Positions 26,436-37,340 of a stretch of 64,000 nt of DNA are shown here, piece after piece; within the stretch, counting starts at the first letter, position 1, and every line of letters begins with the position of its first letter. This DNA is from an uncultured bacterium (GTDB lineage Bacteria > Auribacterota > Erginobacteria > Erginobacterales > Erginobacteraceae). The position numbers and the translations under genes are program-made. A model generated the notes under the pieces. It was not told the origin of the DNA. It ran no database searches and worked only from the letters and a program-made list of their open reading frames with translations. The stretch lies in contig CAYXKT010000002.1 in the NCBI GenBank assembly GCA_964465735.1, positions 472-64,471 on the forward strand, in the 5' to 3' direction.

Positions 26436-28478
26436 TTGATGGACAGGTTTCACGACATCAACACCGGCCTGCGGGAAAGAATCTATATTATTCACCGCCG
26501 GAGATGGGTCCTGATCACCGTCCTGGTGATTATCTTCACCGTAACCGCGATCGCCAACTTCGCCGCCACTCCGCTCTACCAGGCCGCCAGCCGAATCCGG
26601 ATCGAACCCCAGATGCCTGATGTCGTTCCCTTCCAGGATCCTCGCGCGATCTCCTCCGGACGACAGCTTGATTATTACAATACCCAGTACCGGATGCTGA
26701 AGTCCCCGTCACTGGCCAAGCTGGTCCGGGAAAATCTCCCCATTGAGGCAGCGGAAGTTTTAAGCCCCGACCGGCTGCTTTCGATGGTGGAGATCAAGCC
26801 GATCACCCAGAGCGAGCTGGTCGATATCGTGGCGATCGGACCCGACCCCGAACTGGCGGCCCTGGTCGCCAACATCTGGGCCGACCAGTTTATCCGGATG
26901 TCGATCCAAGCCAAGTTCGAATCGGTCCAGACCGCCCTCTCCCAGTTAAACCGGCAACTGGAAGAACAGAACCAGAAAGTCATCGACGCCCAAACGGAAC
27001 TGATGGACTACAAGGAACGGGAACGGATCATCTCCCTGGAGGACATCGAGAAACAGTTAAGTCAACTCTCCGGGGACTATTCCGCGATCCGCCAGCAAGC
27101 CGAGGAGAAGGAGCTTCATCTCCAGCACCTGGCCAAGTACCAGGGTCAGGATCTCTCACTGGAGAACTTCCCCCAGGTCCGCTACCATTCAATTATTCTC
27201 CAGTTGAGAAACCGCCTGGTCCAGCTCCAGGCCACCCGGGGGGAATATTCCCAGCGCTACCGGGAGCGCCACCCGAGGATGATCCAGCTCGAAGCCGAGA
27301 TCGCCACCGTCGAGGCCGGGCTCCAGGAAGAGATCGGCAAAATCGTCGAAGGATTAAGGAGGGAGCGGGACCTGGCCCGGGATCAGGAGGAGATCCTCCG
27401 GCGGGAGCTGGAGAAACAGAAAACTTTATTCTTCACGATGGAAAGAAAAATCAAAGATATCGAGGGACTAAGTGCCAAGGTGGACATTGACCGGGAAGTC
27501 CAGCAGGCCCTCCTCTCCCGGGTCAGCGAGGCCACGATGACCAAGGGGATCGAGATCACCAATATCCAAGTGGTCGATTACGGTGAAGTCCCCCGCCAGC
27601 CGTTCAAACCCCGAAAGACTTTCAATCTGATCCTCTCCCTGATAATCGGGACCGGAGGTGGGATAGCGGCGATCTTCTTTCTGGAGAATCTCGACACCAG
27701 CGTCAAAACTACGGGCGAAGCTAAAAAGATTCTAAAAATCCCCTTTCTTGGCACCATCCCCCTTTATTCCCAGGTCAGCATCCGCAACGGCCTCTCCATC
27801 CGCAACGGCCTCTCCCCCCTGGAGATAATGAAAAACCCAATGGGATTGATCCCGGAAGCCTACCGGGCGATCCGGACCGGGATCTATTACGCTTCTTGCG
27901 ACTCCTCTCCCCGGACCATCCTGGTCACCAGCTCACTTCCCCAGGAAGGGAAGACCGACGTCTCCACTCTCCTCGCCCTCTCCCTGGCCCAGGGACAGGA
28001 GCGGGTCCTCCTGATCGACGCCGATCTGAGAAAACCCCGGATCGGGAAAATTTTTGGTGTTAACCGGGAACAACCGGGCTTAAGCACGATCCTTTCCGGC
28101 CGGGCCGGGCTCGACGAAGCGGTCCGGCCGACCGATTTTCCGGGCCTCGATTTCATCCCCGGAGGGCGGATCCCCCCCAACCCCGCCGAACTGATCAACT
28201 CCCGGCGTTTCGGTGAACTGCTGGAGGAAGCGCGGGGGAAGTGGGACCGGATCATCCTCGACTCCCCTCCCCTCCTCTCGGTCACCGACGCGGTGATTAT
28301 AGGCCGGATGGTCGATGGAGTCGTAATGGTCCTCCGCGCCGGCGAGACCCGGGGGAAGATCGCCGCTTACTGCCGGGAAAAGCTGGAGCACGTCAACGCC
28401 CGGATGATCGGGGTGATCCTCAACGGCGCCGACATCCACCGGGGCGAGAACTATTACTACCAGTCCTACTATGCTTGA
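26436..28478 (+). CDS. Polysaccharide co-polymerase / BY-kinase (Wzc/EpsB-like, fused Wzz domain plus tyrosine autokinase)
   Basis: 680 aa. N-terminal TM plus periplasmic coiled-coil Wzz-like region, then a second TM. Walker A' TSSLPQEGKT, Walker B VLLIDADLR. C-terminal Tyr cluster YYYQSYYA. AGGAG ribosome-binding site. Confidence 0.8.
   Translation: MMDRFHDINTGLRERIYIIHRRRWVLITVLVIIFTVTAIANFAATPLYQAASRIRIEPQMPDVVPFQDPRAISSGRQLDYYNTQYRMLKSPSLAKLVRENLPIEAAEVLSPDRLLSMVEIKPITQSELVDIVAIGPDPELAALVANIWADQFIRMSIQAKFESVQTALSQLNRQLEEQNQKVIDAQTELMDYKERERIISLEDIEKQLSQLSGDYSAIRQQAEEKELHLQHLAKYQGQDLSLENFPQVRYHSIILQLRNRLVQLQATRGEYSQRYRERHPRMIQLEAEIATVEAGLQEEIGKIVEGLRRERDLARDQEEILRRELEKQKTLFFTMERKIKDIEGLSAKVDIDREVQQALLSRVSEATMTKGIEITNIQVVDYGEVPRQPFKPRKTFNLILSLIIGTGGGIAAIFFLENLDTSVKTTGEAKKILKIPFLGTIPLYSQVSIRNGLSIRNGLSPLEIMKNPMGLIPEAYRAIRTGIYYASCDSSPRTILVTSSLPQEGKTDVSTLLALSLAQGQERVLLIDADLRKPRIGKIFGVNREQPGLSTILSGRAGLDEAVRPTDFPGLDFIPGGRIPPNPAELINSRRFGELLEEARGKWDRIILDSPPLLSVTDAVIIGRMVDGVVMVLRAGETRGKIAAYCREKLEHVNARMIGVILNGADIHRGENYYYQSYYA
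27780..27815 (+). repeat. In-frame 18-bp tandem duplication (ATCCGCAACGGCCTCTCC x2) inside the Wzc-like gene
   Basis: Encodes SIRNGL-SIRNGL in the linker before the kinase domain. Perfect direct repeat. Confidence 0.7.
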
Positions 28479-28607
28479 ATAGTCGCCCCCAATCCAAACC
28501 ACCCCGCTCGTTTTTTGTCCCTACCCGTCATCCTGCGTCGTGGATGCGGGGTTTAGCGCGGGTTGTTTCTTCCATCGTCGAGAGGGATCCGGAGAGCATA
28601 AATCGTA

Positions 28608-29579
28608 TTGGAGAACGGGTATTTGCAGATGGAAACCACTGACGATAGCTTGAACCGGGAAGAAACCCCATACCAATGCCCGTATTTTGATAACCGGGAT
28701 TGTCCACGTTATTGTCTGGATTTTATTTTTTACCAGAACCCGGAAACAACGACGGCCCTGGGAAGGTGTCCCCGGTTCGAAGATTCATACGTTCTCTTCT
28801 CCACCCCCGCCACCGGTTTGAAGGATTACTACGATCCGAAAAGATTGCAGGAGTATTGTTCCTACTACGAACCATTCCGCCGGAGGCGTTTTCACGAGAT
28901 ATTCCGGATCTCCACCCTGCGAAATTTCCCCGGAAACTCCGCTCTTGATATCGGCTGCGGTTTCGGCTGGTTCTTGGAAGAGTTGCATAGTCGGGGATGG
29001 AAACGATTGGTCGGCATAGATTACTCTCCCGTCAGCCACCGGGACAACGGGAAAGGTCTGGAGATCATCAACGAGAAGTTCAGTCCAACGCTGGAACTGG
29101 AGGAAAGATTCGACCTGATCATCCTCTCCAATGTCCTGGAACATCTCTGGCAGCCGCTGGATTGCCTGCGCTGGATCAGGAACCACCTCCGCCAAGAGTC
29201 CGGCGGTCTCCTGCTCCTGGTAGTCCCCACGGCGGACGGGATGCTGATGCGGTTATCCCACCGGTTTATCCAAGCTTTCCCCCGCCTCTCCGATGGAATG
29301 GTTGAGGATATATACCAGATCGGCAGCACGATGGGGCACCGGGTCCTTTACACTACTGCCGGGGTGATCAAGCTTTGCCGGATGGCCGGACTGACCGTCC
29401 TGGACCGGGAAGAAACCCCGATCATAGACGCCGGAAACATCAGGCAACGAATGTTGATCGAAAAGGACCACCTGACCGGGTCGGATCACCTGAAGGCTTT
29501 CCTGCTGGAGCGACTGTCCCGGCTGGCCTCCCGGAGAGGGGAGAACGATGAACTGGCTCTGGTCTTAACCCCCGCTTGA
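28608..29579 (+). CDS. Class I SAM-dependent methyltransferase with an N-terminal Cys-rich region
   Basis: SAM motif I LDIGCGFGWFLEEL. Post-I acidic residue in GIDYSP. Motif LIILSNVLEHL. N-terminal CPYFDNRDCPRYC. Confidence 0.7.
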   Translation: MENGYLQMETTDDSLNREETPYQCPYFDNRDCPRYCLDFIFYQNPETTTALGRCPRFEDSYVLFSTPATGLKDYYDPKRLQEYCSYYEPFRRRRFHEIFRISTLRNFPGNSALDIGCGFGWFLEELHSRGWKRLVGIDYSPVSHRDNGKGLEIINEKFSPTLELEERFDLIILSNVLEHLWQPLDCLRWIRNHLRQESGGLLLLVVPTADGMLMRLSHRFIQAFPRLSDGMVEDIYQIGSTMGHRVLYTTAGVIKLCRMAGLTVLDREETPIIDAGNIRQRMLIEKDHLTGSDHLKAFLLERLSRLASRRGENDELALVLTPA

Positions 29580-30340
29580 TGATCAACGTGATGAAACCGA
29601 AACAGGATATACAGGCGGAACAGGAGTTTTTCGCGGGTCCGATGGAGAACTTTGAACCCTTCGACTGGCGGGCCAAGGAACTGCTTTACTTCTGGCTCTC
29701 ACGGCGAAACCGTCCCGCCACTGACAGCCTGATCCTCGACCTGGCCGCGGGCAGCGGCAACTTCACCAAAGTCCTCCTGGCCCGCGGTCACCGGGTGGTC
29801 GGGTTCGACATCGCCCACAACCTGATCCGCACCCTCCGCGAACGGACCGGCCTGCGGCAGGTCTTCGTCGGGAGAGCGGAGGAGATCGCCCTGGATTCCG
29901 ACTCTTTTGACCTGGTGACGATGTGCGGGGTTCTCCACCATTTCCCGGACATCCTGCCCCTCCTGGAGGAGATAGCCCGGGTACTGAAACCCGGTGGGTC
30001 GTTCTTCGCCATCGAGCCCAACCTCCATAACCCCTGGATGTTTCTCTTCCGGTCCCCCTCCAGCCCGCTGTACATACCCGAAGGAGTGACCCGGAACGAA
30101 CGGCCGCTGAGCCGGCGGGAACTGGATACCGCCCTGGCCCGGGTCTTCCCCCGCCGGCTGGTGGAGGGCATCTGTGGGGTTACCTTTCTCAAGTCGGGGA
30201 CGGTTCTCGATCCCCTGCTCTCGGGTTTTAACCTCTATTCCCGCCTGATGGGCAAACTCCTACCCCGGTCCCGCTGGGGCGAGTTCCTGATCTGCTCCGG
30301 CTGGAAGGGATCACAACCAACCATCGCCGACCGGATATGA
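29576..30340 (+). CDS. Class I SAM-dependent methyltransferase
   Basis: ILDLAAGSGNFTKVL, VVGFDIAHN, FDLVTMCGVLHHF, LKPGGSF. ATGA overlap with the upstream methyltransferase. Confidence 0.7.
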   Translation: MMINVMKPKQDIQAEQEFFAGPMENFEPFDWRAKELLYFWLSRRNRPATDSLILDLAAGSGNFTKVLLARGHRVVGFDIAHNLIRTLRERTGLRQVFVGRAEEIALDSDSFDLVTMCGVLHHFPDILPLLEEIARVLKPGGSFFAIEPNLHNPWMFLFRSPSSPLYIPEGVTRNERPLSRRELDTALARVFPRRLVEGICGVTFLKSGTVLDPLLSGFNLYSRLMGKLLPRSRWGEFLICSGWKGSQPTIADRI

Positions 30341-32133
30341 CCGGGAAGCTCCATCTGCCGATCTTCCTGCTGGGGGCGCTGTTTCTCCTGGCCCGACCCC
30401 TGATCTCACAACAACACCAGCTCCTGATCGGCCTCCGGCATTTTCTGGCGCCCGCCGCGCTCTTTCTCTTTTTCTCGGGAGCGGCGGCTTTTCGGCTCCG
30501 GCACCGGCCCGATCGGCTGCTCGGTTTATTCCGCCGCTGGTTTCTGGCCGTAACCGTCGCCGGGGCGCTGGTGCTCAGCCTGCTGCTGCTCTGGCTGGTC
30601 CGGTTGAACTTCAGCTCTCCCCTATTCCTGATCGACCACGTGGAGAGTACTCTCTACCTCCAGGCCCTGAACATCGCCCAGGACGGCAGTTTTCCCTATC
30701 CCCCCCCCAACCGTCTTCCCCTGATCTTTGACGCCTATAACCCCCTGTTTCAGTACCTGCTCGCCCTGCTGATCAGGATTTTTTCTCCGGGGACCGCGGC
30801 CGCCAAATCACTGGCGGTTTCTTTTTCCGCGTTCCTGATCGGCAGACTTCTTCTGACGGCGAAAAACCTCAGGTTGAACCGTTACGGCCTGGCCCTGGCG
30901 GTCTTTGCCTTCCTTTGCGCTTCTCCCCCGGCTTATCTGGTCTGGGCCCGCAATGACAGTATGCTGGCGTTCCTGATCGCCGGATTTATCTGCCGGCTTT
31001 ATCGGGCGAGGCGGCTCCGGCAATACCTGCTCTGTCTCCCCTGGCTCTATCTGGCATTTATGACCAAGCAGACGGGACTGCTCTGGGCGGGTTTCGCCAT
31101 CCTGGTCCTCCTTCACCGCCGGGCCGGATGGCGCAACCTGCTATTATTCTGTTCCGTCGGGATCATCCTGCTTGTCGCCACCGGTTACCTGCTCAACCTC
31201 GTGACTTCCGGTCATTACCTGTTCTGGACCACGACCCTCCCGGCCCGCCACCCGATGAAGCCACCGGCCGGAATAATGGAGGCGGTTCTCGCTTTCCTTC
31301 CCTTCCGCCTGCTTCCGCTGCCCCTGACTCTGGCTGCCCTGACCCTGCTCCAGGCCCGGGACCGGGCGCGACGCTTCCTTCTCCGGATCTCGGCCGGAGA
31401 GGAGACTCCGATGATCTTTTTCGGGGGGGCGGCGGTTTATGGAGTCCTGATCGGACTGATACCCCTGGCCAAGACCGGGGGGCTGGACAACAGTTTTCTC
31501 CCCGTCCTCTTTCCCCTCGCCTTGGCCACCGGCATCCTGGGACAGGTAATCTTCCGGATCGGAAAGAAAAGTTCCTCTCCATACTTCCCGGTGGCGACCG
31601 CGTTGATACTGAGCCTGGTTGTGCTGTTCTCGACCGTCAGTTCCGCTGGCCAAACGATAATCTCTGCCGGGAAAATCCGCCCCCGGGTCGGGGCGGTCAG
31701 CCGGGAGCAACTGGAAGAAATCGCCGAAATCTTAAGAGAACAGGGAATAACCCGGGCCTTCTTTCCTCCATCCCGGAAACCGGGACCGGGGGAAGAAAGG
31801 TTCGCCAGCCTCCAGGAAAACTTCGCGCCCCGGTTCGGCTATTACCTGGACGAAGCGGCTCTGAAAGACTACCTGGCTGCCGGTTTCTCCTTCCCGGATT
31901 CTTTCAACCGGGCCCTGGCGGAGGGAGAGATGGAAGCGATCATTGTCCCGAAAGGCTATCTTCCCTTCTCCGGAACCAACCCCTACGGCCGCTGGAGCAC
32001 TGCCCGCTGCAGTCGGGACCTTTATCCTCCCCTGACCCGGGAACTCTTCCGCCGATATTTTCAGCTCGTCGGGAGCCGGATAGACCGGTTTGATCTCTAC
32101 GTGTACAGCCTCCCGGAGGAAGAAAGTCGCTAA
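30337..32133 (+). CDS. Polytopic membrane protein of unknown function (possible GT-C-like or polymerase)
   Basis: 598 aa. At least 10 hydrophobic helices in the N-terminal 430 aa, then a soluble C-terminal domain of about 150 aa. ATGA overlap with the upstream gene. Confidence 0.4.
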   Translation: MTGKLHLPIFLLGALFLLARPLISQQHQLLIGLRHFLAPAALFLFFSGAAAFRLRHRPDRLLGLFRRWFLAVTVAGALVLSLLLLWLVRLNFSSPLFLIDHVESTLYLQALNIAQDGSFPYPPPNRLPLIFDAYNPLFQYLLALLIRIFSPGTAAAKSLAVSFSAFLIGRLLLTAKNLRLNRYGLALAVFAFLCASPPAYLVWARNDSMLAFLIAGFICRLYRARRLRQYLLCLPWLYLAFMTKQTGLLWAGFAILVLLHRRAGWRNLLLFCSVGIILLVATGYLLNLVTSGHYLFWTTTLPARHPMKPPAGIMEAVLAFLPFRLLPLPLTLAALTLLQARDRARRFLLRISAGEETPMIFFGGAAVYGVLIGLIPLAKTGGLDNSFLPVLFPLALATGILGQVIFRIGKKSSSPYFPVATALILSLVVLFSTVSSAGQTIISAGKIRPRVGAVSREQLEEIAEILREQGITRAFFPPSRKPGPGEERFASLQENFAPRFGYYLDEAALKDYLAAGFSFPDSFNRALAEGEMEAIIVPKGYLPFSGTNPYGRWSTARCSRDLYPPLTRELFRRYFQLVGSRIDRFDLYVYSLPEEESR

Positions 32134-32157
32134 CCACCCGATCCCGGTTTGACCGGG

Positions 32158-33156
<999 letters not shown>

Positions 33157-33176
33157 TTATTATACCAGTTTGCCCT

Positions 33177-34409
33177 TCAGTTTCTAAGGATAAAATCGAT
33201 CAGCCGGCCGGAGAGATCCGCCCCTGAGAACCGATTCCGGACATAAACCTTTGACTTCGCCACGATCCGTTCCAGTTCCTCCCTGCCCAGTTTCCTGACC
33301 TTCTCCACCAATGCCGCCATCCCTCGGGCGTCTCCAAGATCCACCCGCCAGCCCAGACCCGAACCGGCCATAATCTCCCCGATATGACTCTTCTCCGGAC
33401 CGACGTAAACAAAGGGCCGGCCGATCTCCAGTATCCCGTAGATCTTGCAGGTGTGGACAATCCCCGGGTATGACTCTCCCATCACCACCGCGTGGAGGTC
33501 AGCGGCGGAAAGGCTGTACTTGATCTCCGGCCGGGGAAGATAGTCGAGATAAACCACGTTATCAAGCCGGTGTTCCTCCCGGCAGCGGAGCACATCCCGG
33601 ACCCGCTCGCCCCCGCCGATAAAGACAAACACCACTTCCGGATCGTCCCGGAGAAGCACCGCCGCCCGGAGCAGGGTGTCCAGGGGATGGCAGACGCTGA
33701 GGTTCCCCGCGTACATCACGACAAACTTCTCCTCAAGCCGGTACTTTTTGCGGAAAGGATTAGCCCCGTGGGGAATGGTCCTAAGGTCCTCACTGTGGGG
33801 CCAGAGCGGAATGACTTCGATCCGGCCTTTTGGGGCGCCCTTGGCCTCCACCCGGTCTTGCATAAAACGGTCCAGGGCGACGATACCGTCGCTGTTCTTG
33901 AGGACGAACCGCAAAACCGCCTCCAGGAACCTCGCTCGGGTTCCCCCCCGCCGAATCCATCCGGCCTCGATGGCCTGGTCGGGGTTGAGATCCATCATCC
34001 AGTAGATCAGCCGTCCGCCCCGGATCCGGGTAAAAAGGAGAGCGGAGAAAGCCACCATCGGCGGGGTGGTCAGGACCACCACCCGGTCGTACCGGGGGAG
34101 GAAGGCCATCCGGACCGTGAAGGCCAGGTTGAGGAGGAGAGCGTCAATGACCCTGGTCAGGCGGTTTCTCCGGCCGAACCGGAACCGCCAGACCCGGACC
34201 ACCCGGATATCCCGGTAAACTTCACTCCGGGGGTAGAGGGGGTAAGGTTCGGCGTAGCCCCTCCTCCCGGCCAACACGGTCACCCGGCAGCCGCGTTGGA
34301 CCAGGGAAACCGCCAGGTCGGTCAGGTACTGAGCGGTGGAGACCACGTCCGGATAAAAGACCTGGTTGACCAGAAGCACCCGGGGAGGCTTTTCTCCCTT
34401 CCGGATCAT
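33177..34409 (-). CDS. GT4 glycosyltransferase (WcaI-like)
   Basis: GT-B, retaining-type C-terminal domain (ExFG-like ...GESYPGIVHTCKIYGILEIGRPFVYVGP). I set the start at the ATG 34407-34409, which forms an ATGA overlap with the upstream carbamoyltransferase stop. The ORF-track start is 34442. Confidence 0.75.
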   Translation of the reverse strand: MIRKGEKPPRVLLVNQVFYPDVVSTAQYLTDLAVSLVQRGCRVTVLAGRRGYAEPYPLYPRSEVYRDIRVVRVWRFRFGRRNRLTRVIDALLLNLAFTVRMAFLPRYDRVVVLTTPPMVAFSALLFTRIRGGRLIYWMMDLNPDQAIEAGWIRRGGTRARFLEAVLRFVLKNSDGIVALDRFMQDRVEAKGAPKGRIEVIPLWPHSEDLRTIPHGANPFRKKYRLEEKFVVMYAGNLSVCHPLDTLLRAAVLLRDDPEVVFVFIGGGERVRDVLRCREEHRLDNVVYLDYLPRPEIKYSLSAADLHAVVMGESYPGIVHTCKIYGILEIGRPFVYVGPEKSHIGEIMAGSGLGWRVDLGDARGMAALVEKVRKLGREELERIVAKSKVYVRNRFSGADLSGRLIDFILRN

Positions 34410-36151
34410 CTTCCTTTCTCCCCCTCCTTGCGCAGGAAACACCGGCCCAGAACCAGGACGTCGATCCTGGTCTTGAGGTAGCAGTTTACGGCCTCCTCCG
34501 GCGTGCAGACTATCGGCTCGTTCTCGTTGAAGGAGGTGTTGAGGACCATCGGAATTCCGGTCTGATTCCCGAACTCGTTGATCACCGCCCAGTAACGGGG
34601 GTTACTCGCCTTCGAGACTGTCTGGACCCGGGCCGTCCCGTCTCTATGGGTAACCGCCGGGATCAGGTCCCGTTTTTCCTCCCGGACCGGAAATACCTTG
34701 AGCATATAGGGAGAGGTCGGGCAGTCCATCTCGAAATACTCCCCCGCCTTCTCTTCCAACACCGAAGGGGCGAAGGGGCGGAAAGGCTCCCGACTCTTCA
34801 CCCGGTGGTTGAGGATATCCTTCATCTCCTTCCGGCGAGGATCAGCCAGAATACTCCGGTTCCCGAGCGCCCGGGGACCGTACTCCATCCGGCCCTGGAA
34901 CCAGCCGACCACCAGGCCCCGGGAAACCGCTTCGGCGGTCCGGCGGAATAATTCCTCCTCTCCCATTTTCCGGAAGAACAGACCGGCGGCGGTCAGCGCC
35001 GCCTCAAACCGTTGTTCGGAAAACCCGGGCCCAAGATAGGAGTGATCCATCGTGAAGTTCCGGGGCTTTCCTTCCCGACAGTGATAAACATAGGCGGCCG
35101 CCCCGAGCGCCGTCCCGGAATCCCCGGCCGCCGGCTGGATATAGACATTCTTAAACGGGGTGCGGGCCGTAATCTTCCCGTTGGCCAGACTGTTAAAGGC
35201 CACGCCGCCGGCCAGGGCGAGGTTCTCCTCCCCGGTGGCCCGGTGGAGGCAGTTGAGGTTATGGACGAGGATCTCCTCCAGGGCCGCCTGGAGAGAGGCC
35301 GCCAGATTCCGGTCCCGGTCGCTCAGATCGTCGCCGGGGTTCCGGGACGGGCCGAAGACCCGGGACCAGGTTTCGGAGAAGAGGATATCCTGTTCCGGTG
35401 CTCCCCCCTGCCAGTGGACCTTGGCCTGTCCCTGGTGATGGGTGAAATAATCAAGGTTGAGCCGGAATCCGCCACCCGGCAGCAAGGTGAACATTCTCCT
35501 GAATTCCTCGAGAAATACCGGTTCGCCGTAGGCGGCCAGCCCCATCACCTTATATTCGTCCCCGAAACGCCTAAAGCCGAGAAACTGGGTGGCCGCCGTG
35601 TAGAGGAACCCGGCGGAATGGGGGAAATATACCCGCCCGGCGATCTCCAGGCGGCGGGCTTCCCCCCGGCCCCAGACCGCCGAAGAGAAATCCCCCATCC
35701 CGTCGATCGAGAGAAAGGCGGCCCGCTCGAACCCGGAGAGGAAGAAGCTGCTGGCGATATGGGCCCGGTGATGCTCGACGTTGACGAAACGGGCCCTCAG
35801 GGCGGCTGGGGAGATGCCAAGGGCGGCGGTAAAATCCCCGGAGAACGACGAGGAACGGCGAAAGGCCCTCAGGCGGTCACAGACCAGGGACCGGTCGGGC
35901 CGGTGCCGGAGGACGAAGAGAACTTTCCGCCCCAGGTTGGCCCAGGGGTTTTTCGAGATCGCGACCACGTCGATCTCGGCGGGGTCGAGATCGAGGTCTT
36001 CCAGGCAGCGTCGGAGGGCCCCTCCCGGAAATCCGGAGATATGCTTGATCCGGCTGAACCTCTCCTCTTCCGCGGCCCAGACCGGAACCCCGTCCCGGAG
36101 CAGGGCGACGGAGGCATCGGGGTGATAAGCGTTGATACCCAGTATATTCAT
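34406..36151 (-). CDS. Carbamoyltransferase (NodU/CmcH/TobZ family)
   Basis: 581 aa. MNILGINAYHPDASVALLRDG...AAEEERFSRIKH N-terminal ASKHA/Kae1-like region and a C-terminal YrdC-like region. Characteristic of O-carbamoyltransferases. Confidence 0.85.
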   Translation of the reverse strand: MNILGINAYHPDASVALLRDGVPVWAAEEERFSRIKHISGFPGGALRRCLEDLDLDPAEIDVVAISKNPWANLGRKVLFVLRHRPDRSLVCDRLRAFRRSSSFSGDFTAALGISPAALRARFVNVEHHRAHIASSFFLSGFERAAFLSIDGMGDFSSAVWGRGEARRLEIAGRVYFPHSAGFLYTAATQFLGFRRFGDEYKVMGLAAYGEPVFLEEFRRMFTLLPGGGFRLNLDYFTHHQGQAKVHWQGGAPEQDILFSETWSRVFGPSRNPGDDLSDRDRNLAASLQAALEEILVHNLNCLHRATGEENLALAGGVAFNSLANGKITARTPFKNVYIQPAAGDSGTALGAAAYVYHCREGKPRNFTMDHSYLGPGFSEQRFEAALTAAGLFFRKMGEEELFRRTAEAVSRGLVVGWFQGRMEYGPRALGNRSILADPRRKEMKDILNHRVKSREPFRPFAPSVLEEKAGEYFEMDCPTSPYMLKVFPVREEKRDLIPAVTHRDGTARVQTVSKASNPRYWAVINEFGNQTGIPMVLNTSFNENEPIVCTPEEAVNCYLKTRIDVLVLGRCFLRKEGEKGR

Positions 36152-36155
36152 CGTC

Positions 36156-37319
36156 TCAACCGATTACCTGTTTATAGACACTTTCCATCGAGCGGGCAAT
36201 CCCGCTCCAGGCAAAGCGCCGGGCCGCCAGTTCTCTTCCCCGCTCCCCCATCTCCCGCATCCGTCCGGGGTCGGCCAGCAGAGCTTTGATCCCCGGTCCG
36301 AGGACCCCGGGATCACCGTTGAGAACCAACCCGGCTCCGGCCTCCTCCACCTCCCGGGAGAGGCCCACCTCCGGGGTGACTACCACCGGCACCCCGGCCG
36401 CCATCGCCTCGAGGACGGCGATCCCGAAGTTCTCCGAATAAGAAGGCAGAAGAAAAACATCGGCCGCGCCGAAGAGCCGCCTCTTCTCCTCCCCGTAAAC
36501 CGGTCCGGCAAAGGTTATCCTCTCCAATACTCCGTTCCGTAAGGCCAGTTTGTCAAGTTGAATTCGGTAGTTGTCGTCGTCGTTGCCGGCCACCGCCAGG
36601 TGGGCCCCTTCCAGGTACCGGAGGGCCGGGATCAGGCGGTCCAGGCCCTTCTTCCAGTTGACCCGGCCAAGGAAGAGCAGTAAAGGCTTCTTCCGGACCA
36701 GGGCTTCAATCGCGGGAGAGACCGAACCCCCGGATTTGGGTGACGTATCTGACGGGTCTATCCCAATCGGAATGACAAAGATCTCGGGCAGATTGAAATG
36801 AAAACTCCGGATCTCTTTCTTTTCGATATCGGTAGTGACGTGGATCCGGGCCGCGCCCTCCACAACCCGGCGCCCGAAAAGTTGGATCCAGGCCGATTTC
36901 ACCAGGCGGCTCTTCCGCCGGACCAGGTCTTTAACCAGCATACCCCGGGGCGAGAGGATGTAGGGGACTCCGTGCCGGGCGGCGATGGTGGCCGCGATAT
37001 GGGTGGGCCAGGAGAAGAAGGTATGGATATGGACCAGATCGAACTCGCCGGTTCTCCGCTCCAGTTCCCTCTCCATCGGCGGGGAATAGAATATTTTTTT
37101 CAGACATCTGGAACGAAAATACCAAACTCTCACTCCATCCAGGTCAACCGGCACGCCTACCGGCCTATCGACCCGAAAAGGCCCGTCAAGATCGGTGGTG
37201 AAGACCTCGATGTCGTGCCCAATCCGGGCCAGATGCTTGCAGAGCCCGTGAACCGACCGGACCGGTCCCCCGTAGCGGAGCGCGGGATAGTAATAGGGTG
37301 TCACGTGCAGTATTTTCAT
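36156..37319 (-). CDS. GT4 glycosyltransferase
   Basis: MKILHVTPYYYPALRYGGPV N-terminus. C-terminal E..AMAAGVPVV motif (EX7E region). Confidence 0.8.
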   Translation of the reverse strand: MKILHVTPYYYPALRYGGPVRSVHGLCKHLARIGHDIEVFTTDLDGPFRVDRPVGVPVDLDGVRVWYFRSRCLKKIFYSPPMERELERRTGEFDLVHIHTFFSWPTHIAATIAARHGVPYILSPRGMLVKDLVRRKSRLVKSAWIQLFGRRVVEGAARIHVTTDIEKKEIRSFHFNLPEIFVIPIGIDPSDTSPKSGGSVSPAIEALVRKKPLLLFLGRVNWKKGLDRLIPALRYLEGAHLAVAGNDDDNYRIQLDKLALRNGVLERITFAGPVYGEEKRRLFGAADVFLLPSYSENFGIAVLEAMAAGVPVVVTPEVGLSREVEEAGAGLVLNGDPGVLGPGIKALLADPGRMREMGERGRELAARRFAWSGIARSMESVYKQVIG

Positions 37320-37340
37320 TTGGCCGGCGGAAATAATGAA